A stretch of DNA of 64,000 nucleotides from a virus. Both the position numbers and the translations under genes were made by a program. Positions within the stretch are counted from its first letter, which is position 1. Each line of letters starts with the position of its first letter. Positions 37,190 through 47,239 of this stretch are shown here, one piece after another. The notes beneath the pieces are model-generated. The model searched no databases. It saw only the letters and a program-made list of their open reading frames with translations, and was not told the origin of the DNA. The stretch is from IMG/VR virus record IMGVR_UViG_3300037467_002149, positions 4,445 to 68,444 of that record, one strand, 5' to 3'.

Positions 37190-38032
37190 ATGTCGGCAAA
37201 AAAGAACGCTTTCATGTTGTCGTCAGCGACGCTGATGATGACGAAATTCGGCGGCGCGAAGACCTGTTTCGACCTCGAACCCGCCAGTGACTCCGTGGGT
37301 CTGTCCAAGGAGATCGCTGTCGTTGTTGACAGCTCGAACCTCGACTTGACGACCGGAGTTGCCCAGGCGCTCGTCGACTCCAAGAAGACGAACGTCCAAT
37401 CGCAGATTACGGGTTCCATCCAGGAATATTCCGCCGACAACCTCCTGCGCGCGCAGGGTCTCGCGACCGTTGCCCGCCAGCCGCTGCGTGGCAAGTTGAA
37501 GACGGCCGCCGCCGGTGGCGCGGTGTCGTTGACACTCAACGATAACCCAATCCCGGGGGAAGCTGCGAGCTCGCTGGGCGCCGCGGCTGCCGCGATCAAG
37601 TCTGGTGACACCCTGCTAATTCAACACCCGACGATTGATGGCTATGTGTTCCCGTGTCGCGCGACGGCGGACTCAACCTATGCGGCGGGTGACCACACCG
37701 TCGCTATCGCTGCCCCGTTCGCCATCCCGGCCGGGATGACCTTCCCAGTCGACTCGATTGTCTGGGTCGTCACCGAGATGGAAGCGGGTTCGACCGATCA
37801 GGGTGATCTTTTCTCCATCAAGATCGTCGGCACACTCGCGAATTTCGGCCGTCCCGTTGTCTACGTCGCGCCCAAGGTTCAGGTCGTGAAAGGCTTCAAT
37901 CTGTCTTTCACCGAGACGCAGTACGGCGCGATGCCCTGGGAGATGCGCGGTCTCGTGCTCGCGGCCTCCGAAGCCACCGGACGTCTGGTCGAGGTTGGCA
38001 CCAAGGCGCCGGGCCGGCTGTACGCGGCTTAA
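37190..38032 (+). CDS. Major tail (tube) protein
   Basis: Start MSAKK after GAGGAG; DLEP..GLSK, ITGSIQEYSADN, FSIKIVGT, NLSFTETQYGAMPW; followed by a terminator. Confidence 0.65.
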   Translation: MSAKKNAFMLSSATLMMTKFGGAKTCFDLEPASDSVGLSKEIAVVVDSSNLDLTTGVAQALVDSKKTNVQSQITGSIQEYSADNLLRAQGLATVARQPLRGKLKTAAAGGAVSLTLNDNPIPGEAASSLGAAAAAIKSGDTLLIQHPTIDGYVFPCRATADSTYAAGDHTVAIAAPFAIPAGMTFPVDSIVWVVTEMEAGSTDQGDLFSIKIVGTLANFGRPVVYVAPKVQVVKGFNLSFTETQYGAMPWEMRGLVLAASEATGRLVEVGTKAPGRLYAA

Positions 38033-38063
38033 CACGGCCGGTCCCTCTGCGGATCGGTTTTTG

Positions 38064-38096
38064 AGAGGGGCGGCTTTCGCCGCCCCTCTTTCGTTT
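38064..38096 (+). terminator. Intrinsic terminator after the major tail gene
   Basis: AGAGGGGCGGC-TTTC-GCCGCCCCTCT followed by TTCGTTT. Confidence 0.75.
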
Positions 38097-38164
38097 CAAG
38101 TGACTGAGTCTAAGTCACAAACCACACTAGTCCACCGCAGCGCCGTCCACATAGACGCTGGACG

Positions 38165-38659
38165 GTGACCGCGATCCCCGCCGAACATATCCAGGATGCC
38201 CATAAGCTCGAGGCCGATGCTGAGATCGACCTCTTTGAGCTCACGCCCAATGACGGCACCGGCACGATCTACTTCAAGGGCGACAACAACGCCGACTGGC
38301 AGGGTCACACCTATGAGGGTCTGCCGATTGCCATGACCGGCTTCAAGAAGTCGACGGACGGGAGTTCACTTCTTCCGAAGCTCACCATCGGCGACGGCAC
38401 AGTGGATCTCTCACCGTTCAAGCCATTGGTCTATGACGGCTATCTCGAAGGCGGGACCGTCAAACATATCGTCATCCTGCTCGACAATCTGCTGAACAAT
38501 CGACTGATCAGGCATGAGCGGTCGTATCGCGTGAAGCGTGTGCCTCAATACAATCGCCTCAAGATCGAGCTACAACTCGCCACAGCCTCCGACTCTCTCG
38601 GTTTCACGCTCCCATACCGAGCCTATTTCCCGCCCGCCTTCCCTGCGGTCCAGCAATGA
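38165..38659 (+). CDS. Minor tail protein (gpL-like)
   Basis: IDLFEL, WQGHTYEGLP, PKLTIG, IELQLA. Confidence 0.7.
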   Translation: MTAIPAEHIQDAHKLEADAEIDLFELTPNDGTGTIYFKGDNNADWQGHTYEGLPIAMTGFKKSTDGSSLLPKLTIGDGTVDLSPFKPLVYDGYLEGGTVKHIVILLDNLLNNRLIRHERSYRVKRVPQYNRLKIELQLATASDSLGFTLPYRAYFPPAFPAVQQ

Positions 38660-39126
38660 CGCTGCAGTACAAGCATCTCGAGGGTCGCTCCTTCCTGGCG
38701 GGCGTACGCGACTGCTTCTCGCATGGTCGCGAGCTTTACTGGGACAACTTTCAGATCCCGATTACGAACTACGCCCGACCGCACGACTGGAGCGCGGATA
38801 GCGACGACCTGATCCGCAAGCTCCACGAGCGCGAAGGTTTCCAGTTGGTCACCGATTGGAAGTTCAAGGATCTCCGCCCCGCTGACGTACTCTGCGTGGC
38901 GATCGGCGAGAGTAATCCGAACCATTTCGCGGTCTACGTCGGCGACAACACACTGTCGCATCACTTGCTGTGGCGTTTCAGCAACTCGGAGCCCTATCGA
39001 GACTTCTGGCGCAACTCGACCGCTTTCGTCCTTCGGCATCCGGACGTTCCAGACCTCCGGCCGAAGTTCCCCGACACCGATCTGAGGAGTCTGCTCAATG
39101 AGCGATATCGCGTCGGCGCTGCTTGA
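38656..39126 (+). CDS. NlpC/P60 tail-tip assembly protein (gpK C-terminal-like)
   Basis: GVRDCF, NHFAVYVGDNTLSHH. Confidence 0.8.
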   Translation: MTLQYKHLEGRSFLAGVRDCFSHGRELYWDNFQIPITNYARPHDWSADSDDLIRKLHEREGFQLVTDWKFKDLRPADVLCVAIGESNPNHFAVYVGDNTLSHHLLWRFSNSEPYRDFWRNSTAFVLRHPDVPDLRPKFPDTDLRSLLNERYRVGAA

Positions 39127-39457
39127 CTTCGTCGGGGCCGCCGGGCTGCACTACGGCGAGCCGGAGTGCTGTGGGATCATCACGGCTGAAGGTGATGTCG
39201 TGCAGCTGCCCAACATCCATCCAGAGCCTGAGAAAGGCTTCCATATCGACCCGAAGGCCTTTCTCGAGCAGCTCGCCGCCGGGGCTGTCGCAACGTGGCA
39301 TACCCACCCGGGGCGCGACCCCAACCTGTCCGAAGAGGACATGAACGGCTTTCGCGCCTGGCCAAGCCTCCAGCATTACATTGTCGGCATCCGTGACGGC
39401 AAACCGGCTGTCGCCACCTTCAAAGTCCTAGAGGACGACGTGGTGGTGAACGCATGA
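39098..39457 (+). CDS. JAB/MPN metalloprotease-domain tail protein (gpK N-terminal-like)
   Basis: ECCG, WHTHP...LSEED. Confidence 0.8.
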   Translation: MSDIASALLDFVGAAGLHYGEPECCGIITAEGDVVQLPNIHPEPEKGFHIDPKAFLEQLAAGAVATWHTHPGRDPNLSEEDMNGFRAWPSLQHYIVGIRDGKPAVATFKVLEDDVVVNA

Positions 39458-40017
39458 AGATCATTCTCCACGGAGTGCTCGCCGACCGGTTCGGACACGA
39501 GTTCGAGATCCAAACCGATGTACCGGCCGATGCGATCGAAGGGTTGTCACGTCAGCTTCCGGACTGGCCGCGTGAGCTTCGTATCGATGTCCTCGATTTC
39601 GACACCGAGGAGAAGCTGCGCGCGCCGACGGACGCCGCCGAGATCCACCTCGTGCCGAGCATGTATGGCGGCGGCGGTAAGTTTGGCCAGATCATCCTCG
39701 GCGCGGCACTGATCGGAGCAGCGTTCATCCCCGGGCTGGGCCAAATCGCTGGCGTCGCTGTCAGCTCGATCTTGTTCAGCGCCGGCGCCTCGATGGCGCT
39801 GACAGGGATCTCGCAGCTTTTCATGAAGGCACCGACGGTCGACAAATCCTCGGACCCGCCAGCCTCCAAGTATTTGGGAAATAACAAGAACACGACTGTA
39901 ATCGGGACGCTGATCACCATGGCCTGGGGCCGGATCAAGCTGACCGGTCATTGGCTCTCCGTTCAAGTGGACTCGAACGATCTCGTGACGACGTCCTTCC
40001 CCGTAACGACCAGCTAG
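39454..40017 (+). CDS. Tail assembly protein (gpI-like)
   Basis: ILHGVLADRFG, EIHLVP..GGGGKFGQIILGAALI. Confidence 0.85.
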   Translation: MKIILHGVLADRFGHEFEIQTDVPADAIEGLSRQLPDWPRELRIDVLDFDTEEKLRAPTDAAEIHLVPSMYGGGGKFGQIILGAALIGAAFIPGLGQIAGVAVSSILFSAGASMALTGISQLFMKAPTVDKSSDPPASKYLGNNKNTTVIGTLITMAWGRIKLTGHWLSVQVDSNDLVTTSFPVTTS

Positions 40018-40024
40018 GGTTCCC

Positions 40025-41248
40025 ATGCAAATCGACCTTCGTCTCAAGCAATGGACGACGCCCAAACAGGCTCGCACGATCGATGCAATCAACAGAACCG
40101 GGAGCAAGCGCGCAGCGGCACGCGAGCTCGGGGTGCATCGCCGGATGATCGACAAGTCACTTGCCGCGGTCGAGAAGAAGGCCGCAGCGCACGGCTACGC
40201 ACCGGCATGCAATCTCAATTCCCCGATCCCTGAACCGTTCATCGCGCGAGGGCATTCGACCCTCGAGAAGATCCACCCCGACGGCTCGCGCGAACCGGTG
40301 CTGCAGTGGACCAAGACGCGCCTCGATGAGCAGAAGTGGCTGGAGCTGGTCGAGGAAGCGGTCGAGAGTTTCATCGAAGGTGTTGAACCGATTGAAATGC
40401 CCCGGGGGCCGGACAATTATCAGTCCGACATCATCCCGTGGATCCAAATCGGCGACGCGCACTTTGGCATGCTGGCCCACGCCGCGGAGACCGGACAGAA
40501 CTTCGATCTCAAGATCGCCGAGGCTGAGCTGTGCGGCGCCATCGGTCTACTGATCGACGAGCTCCCAAGTTCCGAGGTCATGGTCATTAACGACCTGGGC
40601 GATTTCACTCATTACGAGAACTTCAAGGCTGAGACGGAGGCGAGCGGGCATAGGCTCGACGCGGACGGACGGTTCCCCAAGATGATCAAGGTCTACAGCC
40701 GAGTCATGCGTTGGATCGTCGAAAAAGCACTGACCAAGGCCACGCGTGTCGATGTGATCGTCAACCAGGGGAACCACTCCCGGACGAACGACATCTGGAT
40801 GGCTGAGCTATTGCGCGTCGCATTTCCTGACACGAGCCGGGTCAACGTCCTCAACAACGATAACGTGTTCATCGGTTATCGGATGGGCAACACGCTGGTG
40901 ATGACTCATCACTCGGATCAGTGCCGCCCCGATCGACTGTGTGGGGTCATGACGACGGAGTTCCGGCAGGACTACGGCGAGACCGAGTTCCACTACATCG
41001 ACATCGGTCACATTCACCACAAGATGGTGGCCAAGGAACACCCGGGCATCATCATCGAGAGCTTCAATATCCTCGCCGCGCCCGACAAGTATGCGCACGA
41101 CCACGGCTACAGCAGTCGGCAGTGCATCTCGGTCGTGCTTCGCAGCCGCACCTACGGCGAAGTTGGCCGGCGCGTTCTTGGCATCCGTGAAGTCCGTGAT
41201 CGTCTGTCGATGAAATCGGCTGCACCGCGGCGGGCGTTCGCCGCCTAA
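40025..41248 (+). CDS. HTH plus calcineurin-like metallophosphoesterase
   Basis: GSKRAAARELGV (HTH); GDAHFG, DLGDFTH, GNH, HH, GHIHH. Confidence 0.8.
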   Translation: MQIDLRLKQWTTPKQARTIDAINRTGSKRAAARELGVHRRMIDKSLAAVEKKAAAHGYAPACNLNSPIPEPFIARGHSTLEKIHPDGSREPVLQWTKTRLDEQKWLELVEEAVESFIEGVEPIEMPRGPDNYQSDIIPWIQIGDAHFGMLAHAAETGQNFDLKIAEAELCGAIGLLIDELPSSEVMVINDLGDFTHYENFKAETEASGHRLDADGRFPKMIKVYSRVMRWIVEKALTKATRVDVIVNQGNHSRTNDIWMAELLRVAFPDTSRVNVLNNDNVFIGYRMGNTLVMTHHSDQCRPDRLCGVMTTEFRQDYGETEFHYIDIGHIHHKMVAKEHPGIIIESFNILAAPDKYAHDHGYSSRQCISVVLRSRTYGEVGRRVLGIREVRDRLSMKSAAPRRAFAA

Positions 41249-41299
41249 GTCACAGCATACCCGTGAGTTCACCGCCGCGGTGAGGTCATAGCCTCACCG

Positions 41300-44209
41300 A
41301 TGGAGCTGACGATCAGCGGTGCAGGACCGAGCGGGGGTGGGGGCAGCAAGTTCACCACACGCCCTGACACGCTTCGGTCGAACGACACCTTCGAAGGACT
41401 GCTCGGCCTCTGCGTTGGCCCGATCAAAGGGCCCGTAAACGGGATGAAGTCGATCCGGGTCAACGAGACTCCGATCGAGGACGCGAGCGGCAACCAGAAT
41501 TTCCAGGACTTCCAGGCGATCTTCGCCGACGGAGACCCACTCAAATTCCCGCAGAAAGTATCACTGCGGCTTGGCGCCGCGGGTGCACCCACGAACATCG
41601 GCGTCCAACTTCACAACGTCGGTGGCAGCAGCTCAGTCTGGGTCACGCGCACCGTCGCCAATATGGGTGCCCACAGCGTCGATCTCCGTTTCGATGTCAG
41701 CCAGCTCTACAGGCAGGACAAGAAGGGGATCTACGGCACCACTGCCCACATCGAGATCCAAATGAAACCGGTGGGCACGACCACCTGGATCAATCCCTTC
41801 AACTCGAATGGCAACACTCTGCCAGCATGGAACCCCAACGGATACGACATCGATGACGGGTTCGGCAGCACCGTCAAGCAGCTCCTGACACAGGGCACCT
41901 ATAACGCACTCAGTTCCGGCGCGTACGGTTCGTATCTAACGATCAACGGCAAGACGACGAGTCCCTTCGTCAAGGAGCTCCGGATCAAGGTGCCGAACAC
42001 CGGCACCTACACGAACGTCGGCTGGGACATCCGCTGCCGTCTCGTCGAGACCGAAAGCCTCGACGCCGATCCCAATTTCGAGAAGCGCACGATCTCGTGG
42101 GAGTCGATGACGGCGGTCTACGACACCACGCTCGGCGACCACGAGGATTGGCGTGGCCTCGCCTGGCTCCAGCTCTACGGCAAGGCCAGCGACAGCTTCA
42201 ACGGCATCCCTGAAATGGACGGCGTCTATGACACGAAGATCGTGTCGGTGCCGCCGTCCACGGTCTTCAACCCAAATACGCGTGTCTACACCGGCGCGAT
42301 CTGGGACGGTTCCTGGGCGAAGGCCTACACCAACGATCCAGCGTGGGTCATCAACGACGCGATCACGGACTCCTTGTCGGGAATTGCGCGGTTGGTCCCC
42401 GGTGCGCAGCTCAACAAATGGGACGCGCTTGATCTCTCGAAATATTGTTCGGAACTGGTTTCAGACGGCGCTGGCGGACAGCAACCGCGCTTCTCGCTGA
42501 ACCTCGCCGTCAGCGAGGCCCAACGCAGCGACGAATTCATTCGGTATCTGGCAGGCGCCTGCGCCGCGACAGCCTGGGACGATGGAACGGGCGAGTGGCG
42601 CTGCGTTGTCGACAAGCCACAATCCCCGGCCGCGCTCTACACCCTCGAGAATATCGAGGGTGAGTTCAACTACAGCCACACGGACATCGACACACGCTTC
42701 AACGATGTCACCGTCGTCTTTCTCAACGAGGAGTTCGACTATCGCGAGGACCGCGTTCGGCTCGAGGACGATACCCACATCGCGTTGTTCGGCCGCAAGC
42801 CGACCAAGATCGTGGCGATCGGATGTACCCACCGGCAGCAGGCCGTTCGCTGGGCGATCCTCAAGATGCGGACGAACGTCAACGAGTTCCGCAATGTCAG
42901 CTTCACCACCAACCGTCAGGGCAAGATGCTCGAGCGGTTCAACTGGATCCTCATCGCCGACGGCTCGCTCAATCAGACGCTCGACGACGTTAAAAGGACA
43001 ACCGGGCGGATTGTAGAAAACAAGGGCGGTTCGATCGTTCTGCGGGACACGATCCGTATTGAGCTCGGTGTCGACTACACAATCGCAGTCACGGCCCCCA
43101 ACCCGGCCTACAATCCAAGTAGCTCCACGGCACCGACCGATCCCACCTGGCAGCAGCCGACGATCACATTCACTCGCACTGTCACCAACACCGCACTGCA
43201 ACGCGGAGACGTTCGCGAGATTTTTATCAGCACACCCTTGCCGGCCGGCGTCGCCGAGAGCGCGAACATCGCGCTTTCCGCGGTGGGCTTGCCCAGCGTG
43301 CCGAAGGTCTATCGAGTCATCGATGCCGACTACAATGATGACGGTGAACGCGTCACGATCAACGCCATCGAAGTTGACACCGGCAAATACGCTGCGTCCG
43401 ACATTGCTGACTACGACTATCACATGCCCGGCTACGACGGTTCTGGCGGTGATGTGCCCTCACCGGTCGCGCCAGCTGCTGGCGTCCTTCATCTCAACGA
43501 GGTCAATGACATCAACGCGGTCACGCGTGTGCTCGTGGCCAATTGGTTGCGACCGGTCTTCGGTCACATCAAGGGTTATCGCGTTACTCGGCGTGTGAAT
43601 GACGGGCCGTGGATCCCCGTCACGTTCACGACCGCCCTCTCATACGAGCTCAACGACCCGAGCGGCGGACACCACGAGTTCAGGATCTACACGGTCGACA
43701 ATCACGACCGGATTTCTCTGCCACTCTACGCCGAAATCACACTTGATGGAGTCCCGACGCTCACTCCGGTGATCGAGCTGTATGCTGACGACGGCACCTT
43801 CGATTTTATCGACGGCATCGCATTCGATCAGAACCAGGTCATCACCGTCACGGCGACGACTCGATATACAGAGGAGGCCGTCAACTGGTCAGTCGATCCG
43901 GCGGTGACGCTTGGAACACCCAACGCGTTTCAGCGCTCGCTCTCGATCGCCAATTTCGGTGACAACTCTCATGTGACGCTCAAGGCGGTTGGGGCTGTGA
44001 GCGGCCTGCAGAGCACGATCACACTCGTTCGCAATGCGATGACAACTCCCAACGACAGCATCATCCCTGACAGCGCTTGGATCGGCACGGTTCAAGGCAC
44101 GATCAACACCGGAGTATCTCCGACTCCTGACCCCGGTGGTGAAATCTACGAGCCCCCAGCGGGGATGCCCTGGAGCCGCAACGGCCGATTCCGGGTGCAA
44201 AGGGCATGA
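41300..44209 (+). CDS. Tail tip/central fibre protein (gpJ-like)
   Basis: GLCVGPIKG, TNDPAWVI, NKWD..YCSELV..PRF, FNDVTVVF, FnIII-like C-terminal part. Confidence 0.88.
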   Translation: MELTISGAGPSGGGGSKFTTRPDTLRSNDTFEGLLGLCVGPIKGPVNGMKSIRVNETPIEDASGNQNFQDFQAIFADGDPLKFPQKVSLRLGAAGAPTNIGVQLHNVGGSSSVWVTRTVANMGAHSVDLRFDVSQLYRQDKKGIYGTTAHIEIQMKPVGTTTWINPFNSNGNTLPAWNPNGYDIDDGFGSTVKQLLTQGTYNALSSGAYGSYLTINGKTTSPFVKELRIKVPNTGTYTNVGWDIRCRLVETESLDADPNFEKRTISWESMTAVYDTTLGDHEDWRGLAWLQLYGKASDSFNGIPEMDGVYDTKIVSVPPSTVFNPNTRVYTGAIWDGSWAKAYTNDPAWVINDAITDSLSGIARLVPGAQLNKWDALDLSKYCSELVSDGAGGQQPRFSLNLAVSEAQRSDEFIRYLAGACAATAWDDGTGEWRCVVDKPQSPAALYTLENIEGEFNYSHTDIDTRFNDVTVVFLNEEFDYREDRVRLEDDTHIALFGRKPTKIVAIGCTHRQQAVRWAILKMRTNVNEFRNVSFTTNRQGKMLERFNWILIADGSLNQTLDDVKRTTGRIVENKGGSIVLRDTIRIELGVDYTIAVTAPNPAYNPSSSTAPTDPTWQQPTITFTRTVTNTALQRGDVREIFISTPLPAGVAESANIALSAVGLPSVPKVYRVIDADYNDDGERVTINAIEVDTGKYAASDIADYDYHMPGYDGSGGDVPSPVAPAAGVLHLNEVNDINAVTRVLVANWLRPVFGHIKGYRVTRRVNDGPWIPVTFTTALSYELNDPSGGHHEFRIYTVDNHDRISLPLYAEITLDGVPTLTPVIELYADDGTFDFIDGIAFDQNQVITVTATTRYTEEAVNWSVDPAVTLGTPNAFQRSLSIANFGDNSHVTLKAVGAVSGLQSTITLVRNAMTTPNDSIIPDSAWIGTVQGTINTGVSPTPDPGGEIYEPPAGMPWSRNGRFRVQRA

Positions 44210-46365
44210 CCTACTCGCTCTATCTTGCGTCGGGTGATGTTGGCACTTCGCACACGTTCACGTCCCCGACGTTCACCAACTTCACGCCTGGGGAGCCGCT
44301 CTGGCTGAGCTACCATGTCAAAGCCACGCGGGTTACGGGAGTAGGCGTAGCGACCCTCCGCGCTGAGCTCCTGTGGTTTGACGCAGCCGGGGGCTCGCTC
44401 ACGTCCACTTATGCCGATGTAGCGATCGACGCCTCGATCTCCGAGACGCTGAAGCAATTCAAGATGTTGCCTCCGGCCGGCGCCAAGTCCGGCAACTGCC
44501 GGTTCACGGTCACGCCAGCTGCGTCACCCATGCAGCACAACCTCTGGCTGACGAAGGTGCGTCTAGGCAAGACCGAGCTCTCGGCCACGAACGGCGCTAT
44601 TTGGGGCACAAACCTCTCGGGCATCCCGACCAACCTTGCCGCCCTGACCGGTGTCGAGGACATTCTCAACTCAAGCATTCTCGCGGTGATCGCTGCCGAC
44701 AATGTCCTCTCCATCAACGAGAAGATGAGCGATCTGGCGGCCAAGAACGCGGGGCTGGAGGCGGCCTACCAAAACTTGGTGGTGCGTGCCGCAGCTCTGG
44801 GGGTCTCCACTACGAGTGTCGCCAATCAACGGGCTAACTGGCTGGCGCTGCTCGGTTCGTACTCGCCGGCATGGAATAGCTACACCCAGAACACCACGAT
44901 CTACAGCTCGCTGTTCACCGCGGCGCAGGAGGTGTTCCCTGGAGGGTGGTCAGCAGGAAACGGCGTAGCGACGTCGGCGAACGGCCAATATACGACCGTA
45001 ACCGACAGCAACGCTTCTGATTTTTCACTGATGTATAGTGGCGCCGCACCTGTAGGGGTGGGTGCTAATGTCTGCGCTGGCATTGCGATAAAGAAGTCGA
45101 GCACCCACACGACTAATTGGGCGCTCTTACGCATCGTTTTAAATGGTGGCGGCGTAGTGGAGGCGGCGCTCAATCCCTACACTGGGGGGATTACTGGCGG
45201 AATAGCCTCCCTTCCGGGGTCCACGCATAGGATAGAGGCTCTCGATCTAGGGAATGAGTGGTATCTCACAGTAGAGCTGTACAACGCACCTGCTGGAACC
45301 GCGAACGCATATCTTCAGCTGTATCCGGCTGTTAGCTCTGACGGAGATACCTTTGGATCGTTCAACGTGGCCGCCACTGGCTCAATCGATGTTCTTGGAA
45401 ACATTCAATTAGCTAGTGGTAATTGGACCAAGCTAGGGCGCAACCAGCTGGTTGGCCGCTACAACATTTACGTCGCCGAGATGCAGAAGCTGGCCAATGC
45501 GATCAGCGGCGTCGACGCGTCGATCTCCAACTACGTCGACGGTCCAACGTCGGCCAACGTCACCTACGACTATACTGGGGTGACGATCCAACAGAACGTC
45601 GATCTGAACTACTACCTCCGCAGCGGCACGGCGGGTGCGGTTGTGTCTGCCGGCGTTACGATGACATTCACGGTTCTCTCGGGCAACGTGAACGGTTTCA
45701 CCAGCGCCTCTGGCCCACAAAACATCACCGTCAGCGGTGGCGTGGGTACGTTGACTGTCACGTCAACGACCGCCGCCACGACCCAGCTGAAGATCAGTGT
45801 CACCTCTGCGGGCATCGTCCGAACCTATTTCACGACGCTGACACGCGTCCTCGCTGCTCAGCCGGTTAGCGGGGGCACGGGGGGCGGCGGGGGCACTGCA
45901 GCCAGCCAGACCGGTGGGTTTACCAATATCTCGTCGAGCTACGGGACATACGCGGTCATCTCGAACACCCTAAACTTCACGACAGGCGCGTCTCAGACCT
46001 CCGCGAACGTGCAGATCAGCCTCAATCCAAAAATGAGCAAGACTTCCGACAACTGGGGTCCATGGGATGTGCTCTACAAAATTCAGCGCCTCATCAGCGG
46101 GACGTGGACTGACCAAGGTTCAGTTCAACACTCAAACCCCGACCCGTATATAGATCAGACGTCTGAACCGGTCATCGTCACGTCCACTGCCGGTTCCCTG
46201 AACGTAACCGTTAATGTCACCGGGCTCAGTGCCAACACGGCCTACGATTTCCGGATCGTCTGCTGTCTCGGTCCGGTCGATAACGTCAACACCTTCGCTT
46301 ACCCGACAAACGGCGCCGCCCTGAGCCAAGTCGTGCCGTCTGGCGGGGGAGTCTTCATCTCGTGA
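44206..46365 (+). CDS. Tail fibre / receptor-binding protein
   Basis: 719 aa after gpJ; beta-rich carbohydrate-binding-like domains separated by a helical linker. Confidence 0.75.
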   Translation: MTYSLYLASGDVGTSHTFTSPTFTNFTPGEPLWLSYHVKATRVTGVGVATLRAELLWFDAAGGSLTSTYADVAIDASISETLKQFKMLPPAGAKSGNCRFTVTPAASPMQHNLWLTKVRLGKTELSATNGAIWGTNLSGIPTNLAALTGVEDILNSSILAVIAADNVLSINEKMSDLAAKNAGLEAAYQNLVVRAAALGVSTTSVANQRANWLALLGSYSPAWNSYTQNTTIYSSLFTAAQEVFPGGWSAGNGVATSANGQYTTVTDSNASDFSLMYSGAAPVGVGANVCAGIAIKKSSTHTTNWALLRIVLNGGGVVEAALNPYTGGITGGIASLPGSTHRIEALDLGNEWYLTVELYNAPAGTANAYLQLYPAVSSDGDTFGSFNVAATGSIDVLGNIQLASGNWTKLGRNQLVGRYNIYVAEMQKLANAISGVDASISNYVDGPTSANVTYDYTGVTIQQNVDLNYYLRSGTAGAVVSAGVTMTFTVLSGNVNGFTSASGPQNITVSGGVGTLTVTSTTAATTQLKISVTSAGIVRTYFTTLTRVLAAQPVSGGTGGGGGTAASQTGGFTNISSSYGTYAVISNTLNFTTGASQTSANVQISLNPKMSKTSDNWGPWDVLYKIQRLISGTWTDQGSVQHSNPDPYIDQTSEPVIVTSTAGSLNVTVNVTGLSANTAYDFRIVCCLGPVDNVNTFAYPTNGAALSQVVPSGGGVFIS

Positions 46366-46877
46366 CCCAGTATATCGTCCAGAACCCGCTCAACGGCGAG
46401 CGCGAATGCGTTGGAGATGTGGCCCAGTACGAGGGCTGGCCTGTGCTCGCCACGCTCGAGGACGAGCTCCCTGAGTTCCACGACATCGTGGACGGTCAGG
46501 TGGTGCCGATCCTGGCCGACTATAAGGCTCAGAAGCGCGCCGCGGTCAACGATCTCAAGAACGAGAAGCAGAACGGTGAGGCGCCAACGCCCTTCGGCGC
46601 CGTCGACAATGACGACAGCTCGAAGATCAAGATCAATGGGGCGGTTACAATGGCGATGCTCGCCGCGCAGCAAGCGGCGGCGTTCTCGGTCGACTGGACG
46701 ATGGCTGACAACAGCGTCGTCACGCTCGATACAGCCCAGATGATGTTGATGGGAGAGGCGGCGGGCCAATACGTCGCCGCGATCCACGAGCGGGCACGGG
46801 TGCTCAAAGAACAGATCGAAGCGGCCACAACGATGGCCGAGCTGGAGGCGGTCGACATCACGACGGGCTGGCCGTGA
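46362..46877 (+). CDS. DUF4376-like tail fibre-associated protein
   Basis: WTMADNSVVTLD..MM...LKEQIEAATT.AELEAV..GWP. Confidence 0.75.
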   Translation: MTQYIVQNPLNGERECVGDVAQYEGWPVLATLEDELPEFHDIVDGQVVPILADYKAQKRAAVNDLKNEKQNGEAPTPFGAVDNDDSSKIKINGAVTMAMLAAQQAAAFSVDWTMADNSVVTLDTAQMMLMGEAAGQYVAAIHERARVLKEQIEAATTMAELEAVDITTGWP

Positions 46878-47134
46878 GACCCTATTGGCTCAGAGTCCTG
46901 ATCGCTATCGATCAGCTCGTGAACACGATCCTCGGCGGCAACGAAGACGAGACCATCTCAAGCCGCGTCGGCCGCCACGCCGTTGCGGGTGATCGCTGGG
47001 CGTTGGCGGCCGAGGTAGTCATCGACGCTGTGCTTGGCACTGGTCACTGCCGGCGCGCGATTGAGCCTAGGCTGTTCGACAGCGAAGCGGAACGTGGCCT
47101 TCTTCTCGATACAGATCCCAGCTGCACGTTTTGA
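46874..47134 (+). CDS. Conserved small phage protein
   Basis: LIAIDQLVNTILGGNEDETISSRVGR..HC..A motif. Confidence 0.7.
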   Translation: MRPYWLRVLIAIDQLVNTILGGNEDETISSRVGRHAVAGDRWALAAEVVIDAVLGTGHCRRAIEPRLFDSEAERGLLLDTDPSCTF

Positions 47135-47239
47135 CGGGTTCGACGAACACCGGTGTGCAGCGAAGGCGAGCCTCGCCGTCCGCAGCGTCGTGCATGACGG
47201 CGAGGACCAGAGCGAAGACGAGGAGACCGATAAGGGATC

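Noticed and set aside
44206-46365. Diversity-generating retroelement acting on the tail fibre
   Set aside because: No reverse transcriptase ORF and no template/variable repeat pair seen in the window.
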